From Trichoplax sp. H2 (taxonomy: Eukaryota): a stretch of 64,000 nt of DNA. The notes beneath the pieces are model-generated. The model was not told the DNA's origin. It saw only the letters and a program-made list of their open reading frames with translations, and searched no databases. Every line of letters starts with the position of its first letter. Position 1 is the first letter of the stretch. The stretch is from positions 930,001 through 994,000 of the forward strand of contig NOWV01000001.1 in assembly GCA_003344405.1 (NCBI GenBank). The letters are read 5' to 3'. Below, in pieces: positions 13,331-25,974 of this stretch. The translations under genes and the position numbers were made by a program.

Positions 13331-16300
13331 CTACCGTTGGCATAAGTTACTAGATCTATTTTGGCGTACATTAATGCTAAAGGTATTGTTATTATTATTA
13401 GTGATGGTAATATCATCATCCAATGTTGCATAGAGCTCATTTTCTTTCCTATCCATTTTACCCAAACAGACTGGGACAATATCATTTCTAACATTGTTAT
13501 TATTAAGGGAAACTTGACAATAAGGATTAGAGACAATGTGAGTATTGCTGCAACGTTGATTACCAGCAAATGAATTATTATCCTTCTTGACAATAGTACC
13601 GGTATTATTAATGATGGTTGTTGATGTTGATGCCAATTGTGTTACAGGACCCATTGACGTAGTGGGCTGCGATCGAGATTTTCGACTAGTAAAGGCATTC
13701 TTCAGACGTTTTCGATAATAAATAGCAGCAATAGTGGCAAGGGCAGCTACAACACAACTAGTAGCGATAATTATGTTTATCGTCGAAGATTTATGATCTG
13801 TTAAAGCACCATTATTAACCTGAACAACGACAAATGCGTAGCCAGATATCGATTTATTGTATCTGTTGTACGTTCTAACAAGTAACTTGTAAGCATTAAC
13901 TCCAATGATTGGCTTTTGATTTAGGACAATATTACCGAATCGATCAGTAGTAAAGATATGGTAATAACTACTGCCACCAATAATAGTATAAACTAGATTA
14001 TCTCGCGAAACTTGATTAGATTGAGATAATTGAATTTTTGCAACTGCTGTCCCAATTTCAGTATTGGATTTCATGGTTACGTTATAATATTTCTGACTCA
14101 ACTGCAATGCATTGCTATCGTAAGTGATGTAAATTGTCATCAGCCATTCACTACTTTGAGGTGGCTTACCACTGTCTGAAACACGAATTTTTAACTTGAT
14201 TATTGCTGGACCGCCACTTGGAATTTCTTTGACATATCGAATAACACCCGTTGTTGGATCGATTCTAAACCAACCATAACTATTACCGCTTGCGATGGTA
14301 TAAGTCAGTGGTGGTCCATTGTATGGTTCATCCGCATCAGTTGTTATTAATTTTGCGAAATCTTGCCCAAAACTCATAGTATTATGAATGTAACCTAAGT
14401 AAAAATTTGAAAAATTAAATATTCCCATTGTAATGATAATAATGATTAATATGGAAAGATCTTAATAAGATAGGCATAGTTGCCCATCATCCATGTCTTA
14501 TTATCGTTTTAAATACTAATCCTAGATCTGATGTAACCTAAAACAAAGTTTGAAAATAATATATCCTATCATTTACCAAACATTATTTTAGCTGTTGACT
14601 AAGCAGTTACTGCAATTTCGGACTAACTCCAACGATAAATTTTGATTTGAATTGAACTAGATCCTCATATAATGAATCTGTTATTCTCCGTATGATTTGG
14701 AAACAGTAAATTTTTTATACCTATTAACTTAAAATTAAATTTTAAACTTTCAATGACTGCTTTCAAGTTTGAGGGGCCCCCATATATTGCAGAATTACAG
14801 TGAAAGTAATGATTTTCGGCTGACTTCGACGATGAATACATAATTATGCAGTAAGCGTTTCTAGCAGTGTAATATCTGAAATTAATCGCTGATATTTTAC
14901 CGCAACACAATAAATTAGCGAACGAAAAATAAGTTATTTGAATCTACCAAATAGATAATTTGCTAATTATTATATAGGCTCCGGTAGCTGAGCTTGCGAA
15001 TTAAAATATGCGGCAGAGTCAAATATATTCTATAATCAAGAGTATCTGCGACGATACCTTAGGCGTCATTATGGAAAGTAATTTATTAATAAATAAACGA
15101 CTCTTCCGCTAAAATGGTATTCCGAATGATAACTTGGATTGAAATACCACTTTAGAGGCATATGCGCCGTTCAAGTTAACTTCTGCGACGACGCCCAATA
15201 TATCGTCACAAGTCCGCCGAAATGGCGGTACTTTCTTTCGTTATTATAGTGATCAATACATAAGATTGAACCAAGATATTACACACTTCCACCTCTCATA
15301 TATTACAATCATTTACTTGGCATTAGATTTAAATAAAGAAAAAAAATGTTGAATACTCTAAGCTCTCTTCCCACTTATTACTCGCAGTTCAACTCGTACG
15401 TAAGTCAACATATTTTACAAATATTTACACAGATGCTCACTGCCTGTATCAAATGACTTATGCTTAGCTTAAGTTGCAACATTGACTTTAAAATTGGCTT
15501 CTACAGTAATTGCTCTTCGTGAATAACATTCCAAAGGTAAGATATTGGTAAACTTATATATCGGCTGATCTTGAAACATAATGATTGAGGAGTTAGGCTT
15601 TCAGTACACTAAATTGCAATACTCAGAATAACTGCTGTCAATTATCGATTGGTAAGATTGTAACTCTATTTAGCTACATATTGATTCGTTTTAAGAATTT
15701 TTTAGCTATTTATAATGCTATAGGATAAAGTATAAAGTATTAGCCTATAGTTTTCAATAGATAGTATTAAAGCTAGCGTCAAGCTTAATGATTGAGAAAT
15801 GCTATTGCGGAAAAGGAAAAGATCATGTAAGCGAGCACATCGATTGAAACTATATCCAACCACTAACTGATTCTATGCAAATTTCAATATCTTAACGATA
15901 CCTTCGGTGCATTAACTATAGCTAAACGATTGTTAAAGCCACTGAGAGTAAAAAGTAAAAAAATTTCTAGTATAATAATTGATTTCGATTATCTACAAAT
16001 ATTCTATATAAAAATTTTTTAAGTTCTTCTCACTCATCAAGTATAGTTTCAGTCTAACGACTATGGCCAGCTTTACAGTAGTGTAAAATGTAACCATCTG
16101 GTGCATATAAGACATGAAATTTAAACTACCCTATCTTCTGTATTTGCTTTTTTTAATCCATGGAATAGCTTGATAAAGTGGCGATTGTATAATAACACAA
16201 AGAGGGTGCGTTCTATACCATACTAACTAAAGCGATTTGTGGTAATTATTCTAGTAAAATTTTAATAACTGTTGCAATCCTGCTGTAAACTGATATAAGA

Positions 16301-18485
16301 AACTTCGCTCTACGAGTGTATGGTATCGCCGTATTGTCTAACATACACTTTTAATTAGTACTTGTATTAGATAGAAAATCTATGACAGCTTAAAAAGGGC
16401 TTTCTAACTCATTGGAATCTAATACAGTGTCTCCTTGAATCAACAATTTTATCTAATATAATTAAAACTCATCTTCCAAATTTATACAATTTTTACGGTA
16501 TAGCTTCTCTTTATTTTAATTTACATACCTACTAAGCTTGAAGCATTAACCTTAGGTGGGTTATCGTTAATGTCGGAAACATAAACAGAAACATCGATTT
16601 TGCTATTACGAGATGGTATTCCCTCATCCGCTGCTTGGATAGTTAGTCTGTAGGCTGCAACAGTCTCACGATCCAGGTGGCGTCGTAAAGTAATATAACC
16701 AGTTTTAGCGTTAATTAAGAAAGTATCGCCGATGTTGCCGTCGACAATAGTGTAAATTATTTTGCCATTATTACCACTATCAGGATCAGTTGCTATTACT
16801 GCTAGCACAATTTCTCCAATAGCAGCATTTTCATTAATTAATCTCATGCACAGACCTTGTATAGCATTTGGATAGCATAGAACATTTAGCATGATGTTGC
16901 CGACATAAAGAGAGAATGGAAAGCAAATAATCAAAATAAGTTAATAATATTAGGTTAAACCTATGCCTGTCTCAACATTCTAATTGACTGAAGGAGTATT
17001 TACTAACAAAATTGCTTTACCACCTTCTCTATTAACATATAAAATCGTTTCTATACTAGTCTAATATTTTAATTTTCACTTTGTATACAGACGCAAATAA
17101 GTGATAGAAATTCAAAGATCTGTTTATATAAACCTATCATTCCATTTGGATTTGGACTCACCTTGTCTCCTTTGAGCTGCAAATTTTCTACTTTTCTCAT
17201 CGGTTAAGCAACTAGCATTAAATTTTGGTGCATTATCGTTGACGTCGATTACTGTAATCTTGACTACGGCATCATCATACAGCATTGGATGTTTCTTACT
17301 GGTTGCTCTAATTGAAAATTGGTATGATGATTGCCTTTCTCGATCTAATGCTTTAGCCACAGTTAAATAGCCTGTATTCGGATTCAATAGGAAACTATGA
17401 TTGTGATTGCCAGAGGCAATGTAGTAAGTGATTTGATCATTCATTCGCGCCGATAGTATAGTACTAGCATGGACTCGTAAAATAGCACTTCCAATAGTGG
17501 CATTTTCACTAACATTGTCATGATAGATTCCTTTCCAAGGATGGTGGCTACTTTGAGTAGGTTGAAATAATGGCCGGAATGGACTGCGTACAACATGGAT
17601 GATTACTTTAATGGTGGAAATTCTTTCACTGATATCTTTAGCGCTAACAATCAGTGTAAAAGTGTTGCTTGTCGGTGAATAAACTAATGCCCGTGTAGTA
17701 TTTAAGTTGCCATTATTTTGGCCTATAGCAAAGCTAGAATGCTTATTGCCCGAAGCAATGGCATAAGTGATTTTGTCATCGGATAACGCTTCAATGCGGA
17801 TCATGGGAGTATTGGCTGGTAGCTGTTCTGTGACATTAACTTGATAAAGTGGTTGGCGAAATATTGGAGCTCCACCAGGAAAATAAACATGAATGTAAAC
17901 TTGAACAGTGTTGTGTAAATTTAAATTAGAATTGACTGTTGCACGCACAATTAATTCATAATCTTGGATACGTGGTGTTGCCAATAATCGTATATTTCCA
18001 TTTAATTCGCCGATAAAGAATAAGCCATCTTCATTACCGCTATCGATTGAATATCGAATAATACTGCCATCGGGTACTTTTGCACCGACAGTGACTACAA
18101 TCGATTCGTGCTGTAAAGCGCATTCTATCGATTTATAATAAAATCGTGATGTAAAATTGGGCCTTTGATTGTTGGATGGGACTTCGCGCCGTGGTCGATC
18201 TTGGAGAGAATTGCTATTTTGATGGTGTAATGGAGACGGCCGATGAGGATTGTTTCCACTTGGAATACCATATGGTATGGAAGGGTGACGACGACGATTA
18301 TCATCATTCTTCCTCGTTAAGAGATTCCATGATAAATCTTGGTGTGATTGCAAGTCTGTTTTGCCATCTAGGATTCGTTCATTTTTCCACGTTTTATCCA
18401 AAAGGGCTAGACATTGATTAATTTGGATTGTTGCCAAAACTGACAATAACAGAACAATACTTTTACCTTTCAGAAGGGTAGACAT
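13331..18485 (-). CDS. Single-pass cadherin-superfamily protein (~904 aa): signal peptide, prodomain, 6 EC repeats, TM, ~125-aa cytoplasmic tail
   Basis: Three coding exons join in frame through phase-1 GT-AG introns: 18485-17162, 16855-16529 and 14394-13331 (2715 nt). Cadherin motifs are LDRE, DVNDNAP, ATDPDSG, DINDNPP and TDADEP. There is a hydrophobic N-terminus (IVLLLSVLATIQINQCLA) and a TM segment (IIIATSCVVAALATIAAIYY-RKR). A polypyrimidine/AG acceptor just upstream of the ATG (~18496) implies an unlocated 5' UTR exon. Confidence 0.9.
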
Positions 18486-18611
18486 ATTTTATCTTCTAGA
18501 ATGGAAAAAAAATAGAGAGTATTTAATCGTCAAAGAGGTCAATAAATCTTTCCGCATAGCCTATTTACTAACTATAAAGTAAAATTCCAGGAAAAAAAGA
18601 GAGAAAGTTCC

Positions 18612-18780
18612 TGTAGATAGAACAAAATAGTTTGTGACGTGGATCTAAGGAAAAGCGTGCCTTAAGATTATCGTAATATCAGATATGGACACTTTTACCC
18701 TTGTAGATAGAATAAAATAGCTTATGACATGGATCTAAGAAAGGCGTTTGGTAAAGATTATCGCAATATCAGATATGGAC
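18612..18780. repeat. Two-copy ~90-bp tandem duplication upstream of the cadherin start
   Basis: tgtagatagaa(c/t)aaaatag...tggatctaag...aagattatcg(t/c)aatatcagatatggac occurs at 18612-18690 and 18702-18780. Confidence 0.9.
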
Positions 18781-21700
18781 CGGTAAACTAATGCTACTAC
18801 AACGTTAGTATTGTAGACAGTTTGAATTGAAAATGCTCTAAAAATGATGCGTGCGTAATCCGTATTATGCCTATCAACGTTATACGGAATCAAATTCTTC
18901 AATGGGATGCTTTGAAATTCAGCTTAAATAATAATAAAAATGAGCTTATCCTGTTAACAAAGTAAGATAGCGAGAATCAATAGCTATTATTCATCGTTGT
19001 GAATGCTCAAGTCTGTCTGGAGAGGAGGAAGGAAATTGAATTTATAAATTTCTTTACATTGGTTGCAAATCATTAATGCCGCGAAGTTTTCGGTAGGCAA
19101 GATGGCGACTGTCTTCGTCAATCAATCTTAGCTATGATAACAACTCGATGAAATCTCAATAAAGAGGAGATTAATTAGTAAAATAAGAGAGAGATAAAAG
19201 ATCTTTCGCGACTTGGTAAAAAAGTTTGCCTGCCAAGATGTTAAAAGTCGTTGTGATAGCCAAGTTATCTAAGTACTACAATAACATCAAAATTGCATGA
19301 AATTCACCTGGTTTCCTTACAAATCTCATTATAATAACTATTAATTTCTCAAAGCATTGAGAACATCTTGGGATGGCAAAAGAATCTCATCTCTAGGAGA
19401 CGAAGAATAATAGCCGGAAGGGCGCCATTATGTATCATTAAAGTCCCAGTCATCGAATTATTAATCGTCGTTCATTTATGGGATTACGAGTAGACATAGG
19501 AAGATCTCTCGTCCAAACTAATTTTCAGAGCATAGTACTTTGCATGGGCATTAACGAAAGACAAAGGCAATCCGCATAAATTGGATAATAATTTCTAACG
19601 AAAGATTCAATTTTCTTTGAAGCAAACAAACAGAAAAAATGCGAAAATAAATGAAATGAAAAAATTTGATTAAATCAAAAACATTCAAGATTAGAATCTT
19701 GATATCAAGCGGTAAATGCAAGAATATTATGCTAAGGAAACTGATCCATAGTAAAAAGTAGAAATTAAAGTTATTCTATCTGAAATGAACAGATTGAAAA
19801 ATAAGGTGCTGAACACGCGTATCTATCCAATTGATAGGGATGAAGAGTTGATAATAAAATTTCCAATTTGAACAACCTTGATAATAAATTAGTGCTGGCA
19901 CAAATATTTGCTAATATACGTTAGCTTAGACAGATCGGCAACATTGACATGAATGTAAGAAAATCTGAGTAGTTTCGTGTTAATCGGTATAAATATGGAA
20001 TAGAGTAGAAGGAATATATTTAACTGCTGTTGCCGCCATAGCAAAAAAAAAATGTAGAAAAGATAAATTCGTACTACAAGCCTATTTGTGACCGTGATCA
20101 TGATGGGTATTTTATTGCCAATGTTTTTAGAATAGTTTATCATGTAAAATAGGTTAAAAAAAATGATATACTGGGTAATAAAGCAACTAGGATAGAAATA
20201 ACACATAGCAACGTAAAGGTAAAAGTTCAAAAGTAACGATGCAAGTTAATAAAAAAGTAGCGGACAAGAACTCGCTAAAAGGACTATTTGAATATCTGTT
20301 ATCCCAAATTGAATTTGGATCATGTAGCATGCCTGTATTTCACTAGTAGGATAAGAACATTTCATCTTCTTCTACCTTATTTTGTCGCAAGCTATTACAC
20401 TACTTTATTTCCTTCACTATCAATGTCATTCAAGCATTTGCAAAGGTATAGCGCAAAAGACAAGATACGTACATAGGCCTCCCTCAAAGAAATATTTTTA
20501 ATCTTTGTATTGTTAACACTAAGCATATGTCAAGGTCCAAGTACGATAGTGTTGGTTAGGGGCGCATAATTAATGCTGCTGCCTATCGAGCCCGGTAGAC
20601 TACGGTATTAAAATATTCCAGGAATAAGGCAAGGTAATCACCTTTTCACTAAACACTGAAGTGGATATTCGAGGAGAAAAATGCGACATTTTATTACACT
20701 CTACTTGTATCCCAACTTCTTTCATTAATCAATTCTACCCTAGGAAATCAAGTTATGACTATATCAAGCCATATTATTGCGATGAGGACGTAAATTAATA
20801 AATTTTTTTCTCATCCTGTTGATCTGCCTCCCACTCAACGAATTTACGACAATAAAACTAATAACGATCATGACAGCAAAGAAATAACTTGATATAATAC
20901 AGAATTGTTGGAATCACTTATATTGCACTAAAAATAAAGTACATCCAACTTTTTATGCAATGAAAAATGCCGCTATAAAGAGTAAGACCGAATCATTAGA
21001 GCTCTTGTTCGCTCTATATTGGATTTATACTGTTGAAAGGAATCACGGCACGTGTTATAACGCCAATATTTCTTTACCTGTTGTATATTGTATGTGTTAT
21101 ATCTATATATATTGATACAAATATTGGCAATAATTGTTTTCAGGTCATCCAATATCCAGCATAAAATATGTTATGACAACTTAGTATAGCGTGGCGTAGG
21201 GGTAAATAATGTTATTGTGCCAACATCGATTGGGTCGAGTATATTTTCATCAACTTCAACGTCTAGAAATCCATCAGCACATTTCTGTAGTAGGCTTATT
21301 TTCCCAATCCTTTTGAAATGAATTTCCTAATATACCAGGCCTAGGAATGAGGAGTAATGTAAAAATATGCCTTATGATATCGTAAATCTGTTGCTTTCAC
21401 TCTCAATTGCGCTGAGGATCAGAATTACTGGGGAAAAAAAAGTGCCTGCTCTAAATTCAAAGCACCAATAGCGGTAGTCATCGTCATAGAAATCAGTTTA
21501 TTGCTGATGAGAGGAAAAAGCAATGCCCAAGCAGTGTACTCCGTCGATAGTTAAATAAATGATCGATACAACTAAGGTGATCTTTGATTTGCTTTCAACA
21601 GTAATTGAAAATTCTCTTATTTAATTTCAAGTAGTAAAAAGGAATTTTCTGGTATTGGAAAAAGTAACCAAGGGCTAATTTGAACTACTCAAAAAGGACT

Positions 21701-24700
21701 AATGATATCATTTACGCCTATAAGATTTGCTTCATGGCTGCTATTCACGGTTAGATGTCCAATATTAAAAGAGGAAAGTCAATAACAAGAATACACCCGC
21801 CTAGTGCAAAAATTAAATTGATGTAGACTACAATAAATGACAATCGAGCGATCTTAAGTACCAACTGTTAGAAAGAATACAGTTATCACAGTGGGAGGAG
21901 GAAATGAAAGACGGGGAATAATGTCGTCCATAACGATAACTTATTGCTATTAGAGGAGGTAATAAAAGAAAAAAATATAAAGTAGCCGTCCTATTATCTG
22001 CTAATTTACAGCCCGCATGGGGCCAGTCCAGGTATTGAAAGTTGTTAATTTTAAATTGAACTAGCTATGATAAAATTAAATTCAGTCATCATCAAATGAA
22101 ACTATTACGTTTTGATGTCATGTATGATTCTAACGAGCTAAAACATCACCATAATGTTGGTCTTAACAAAGCAAAGAAAATTGATTTTCTCATTCTTTAG
22201 CAGCACAAGCAATCTAAATAATTAGCCCATCTGTAGAGTATGTTCGCAGTTATTCATTTAAGGTTAAAAATTAGCTCGATTGGTATGTTGGTATAGCGAT
22301 AAACTCATCTCTTAAAAAAAATCCATAATATTACTAACAACTTGTCAATGCAAAAATGCGATATTGATTAGATCTAACAAAATATTATAAAACTATCAAA
22401 ACAATATTCTCCTGGAATGCTTGCCATCTAATTGAATTAACTTCAATAAAATACAAAATACGATTAAACTTTTGCTGTTGTATTGTTATCATGAATAAAT
22501 GGTCTTTTGCCATACAATAACTCATTTTTTCCTTCAATAATATTTTTACTGGTGCCAATTTCCCATAGCGAAACTGTCCTACGCTAAAATTGTATCTTTT
22601 GCATAGGATATAAAAAATGATTAATCCAAATCATTAAATGCATAGGTAATTAATCTAAATGATTTATAGGAGGAAATTCTACAGTTTAATAAGGCAATCG
22701 CAACTTGCTTGAAAACTCTAGAATCTCTATTCTCCGTTTGGATAAGTGCATCAATTCGCGTTTGTAAATTTGCGCGTACATGTGTACAGTAGACTTGGCG
22801 AAAGGTTACAATACTCTAAATCTATCGGCACTACTTTTGTGCATAATACGCGTCGACATATTTTCTACACATGCATTTGATTCTGGCGAATATTAGCAGT
22901 ATATATCCACAAATAAGCGATTGCATTCTTAGTCACTCAACTGATTAGTTATTATAAACGATAGCTGGTTACCTTATAAATTTTCAATATTCCTTGCCTA
23001 TGTTGCAGGTATAGTAGAGGATTGAACCCAAGTCTTGTCGGCAAATATGGGCAAAGAAATAGATTAAACTTTCCGATCTGGAATTTTTTTTTAAAGTAGT
23101 AGCTTCAATTGGAGACTCTTCCGACACAATTTGCTTAGTTCATATGACATACGTCCACATCCCCAAAACCCAATAAGGGATGAAGAAGAAATTGATTGAA
23201 ATATAATTGAAATGATTTTAACGGGTTGATTAATTGATCGATGGTTGAAACAGGCAAAAATTCTTTTGTGAAAGAAAAAACTTTTTCATGGATTGAGCTC
23301 GTTAAAATAATTTAACTGATTGTAACTTTAGCAGATGCCAGGGTAGTAACTACTGATATGAAATGAAAATCTTAGTATTAATTTAATACAAGATTAAAAA
23401 AGGATAGAAGAGCAAGTGATATGAAGAGGTAGATAGTAAGTATGTATATAGTTACTTGGAAATGGCGTGTTTGCAAGCGTCTGGCGTTGAACTCCTTTCT
23501 TGGTTAACATCCGGTAGAAAATAGGAAGATAATGCAGAATAGACTAAGTAACGGTATGCGAGGCGCAACTGCTCAAATTCTTTCTGACCATACGAGCCAG
23601 TTAGAATACAATAATAAATTCAATTTCTTGATTAATTTTATGCTAAATAGATCCCTTAGTATTCAAATCAGGTCAGGTCATTTCATATTAATATTAAACA
23701 ACATTTTTAATCAAATAGTGTATAATCATCTTTTGTTTTATGTCTGCGAATAGATTGCTGCGTCGGTTAGTGTGGAGACAGGCGGGATAATCATGTTTAA
23801 TACATTAGTCATATTTTAGAATATATAATTATCATCGTCACAATGCTGGTAATGTTAATAACAATAGTAGTAATAATTTTACTAATAGTAGTAATTCTTA
23901 TTTTGTGGTGATAATGATGATGAGAACAGTAGGAATTATAACATGGGCTAATATATATTCAACTACGGTAGTCCTTGGAAACAGTATGGTCGTTGTCGAC
24001 TAGCATGATACCTTGTCAAACAGGCATTTTTACTATATTTTACGATGTATATGTTAAGACTTGGATAAAAGCCAATAAATGCATAATAGAATGATGCATA
24101 CCATTCATTGCAGAGTGTAGAAGAGATAGCCAAGTTCGCCATTTTTAAACTAAAGCAAGTCCGAGATTCAATACAGCTAATATATAAGTTGCTTTAGAGA
24201 AGCCTTACTAGATTGATAAGGCTAATCGATAGAAATATTTTATAACCCTCCCCTTTATTTCAATATAAAAACAAAATATTGGATAGATAGTACAGCAACA
24301 CTAGAAATGCAAGTAGAATGACCATTGGACAGAAATGTTATATGAATACTTCTACTTCATAACCACATTGTTTTACTGAAAGAAGTAATTACAAGATATG
24401 AATAAGATAATACATGGAATCAATGTTGGATATTCAATCAAATTTGTTTAACTATACATAAGTAAACAAGTCAACTATGATCAAACAGATGGTCATTTAA
24501 CAACAGGAGAAAATCTCCACGAGGTCATTTAAATTAGATTGAAATATTAATAGTACTACATCACCTCACTTATGTTATACAATATAAAATATGCGCTTTT
24601 ACTCTACAATGGGTGTTGACTATTCACTTTACGGTTTTTCCTAATGTGGTATTCTATCAATTGCAAGCAGCCATTTTTTATACCTTGGTTGATTTTCTCT

Positions 24701-25974
24701 ACATGATATTTTACATAAATAGACTAACAAGTCTATACTGTACCCCAGTTTTGCAATACGCTTTGAATCAATCCATATAATCTCATTTTTCTAAAGTATA
24801 CTCTCTTTCTACATAAAGATTGATCGATATTTACTTATATGATAAAATAAGGTTTAACTGATAATGATAGCACTCGTGAACAGTTTGTCAATCTTAAAAA
24901 ATAGCACAGGGAATGACTTAAACAAAAAATAAGATTTCATGACAAAATCTTTTACATTGCTATTAAGATTGCTGTGGGCCCTACTAATATAAGAAAGGTA
25001 CGATTAATGTAAGCATGAAGATAAAATAACCTATACGATAAAAATGTTACCCTTTCTTCAGTAGATAGATTTAGAATAGCAGTACTGTGATTAGCTTTAT
25101 GCTATAATCCTAGCATTATAGTATACAGCATTAAAGGTAGCGTCTAAGTTATACTAGAGTTCTGAATGTAACTTGTCAATACCAGATACTTTAAAAATAG
25201 GGAAGAATGAAATTTGAAATTTATTTCGAATTTCAGCTGTTAGCAAAATAAGCTATTTTAAAATAATTGATTAAAACGTTATTGGAATGTCTAGTTAATA
25301 TTTATGTTACAATTATTTTAGAGAGATAATTTATTTCAGTAATAACGTCGATTTTCAATTTTAGCATGCTTGAATACTTCAAAAAATTAAATCATTATCA
25401 TGATAATATTACCCGCCACCGTGGACGTAATTATACCTTGACGTTTATCATGCCGTCTTTGACCTCATCTCAATAATATTTGGATTTACGCATTTTATCA
25501 CGAAAAAGCTAACTGCCATGACGACAATACAACTACAATAGCTGCTGCTATGATTATCGTATTGCTATTACATTAGCTAGATCGTTATTTCTGCAACATT
25601 TTATTCATAACATCGGTTATTGTAGCTCGAAAGCAATGATGTAACAGCGACCCTTTCTACTACTTCATCGTTAGGTATTACACAATGTCCCGTCAATTTT
25701 ATCCACAATATTTTATGTTTGGAATGTTAGTATTTTATCTTACTACGAAAAAAATATGTTAAAAATTTATTGATTTTATGGAGCAATTAATGCAACTTTT
25801 CTAATTGGTGCCTTAATTGCTATCGATAAAAATTGTATTTTGTTTCTTCTTATTATTAAATACATATTTGCAATTCTAATTGGATTACACGTGCTAGACT
25901 TCCAGTTAAAGCTATATTTTATTTAATGATTACTTAAACTAGAACTCTAACGTACATTATACAACATATAATTG

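Noticed and set aside
13273-13593. Hydrophobic alternative-frame ORFs overlapping the cadherin tail
   Set aside because: By-products of AAT/ATT-rich codons in the Asn-rich tail.
14977-15020. tRNA 5'-end-like GGCTCCGGTAGCTGAGCTTG
   Set aside because: No downstream T-arm or B box, and it cannot fold as a tRNA.
23005-23050. B-box-like GGGTTCAATCC on the minus strand (tRNA or SINE)
   Set aside because: No A box, cloverleaf or acceptor stem can be built.
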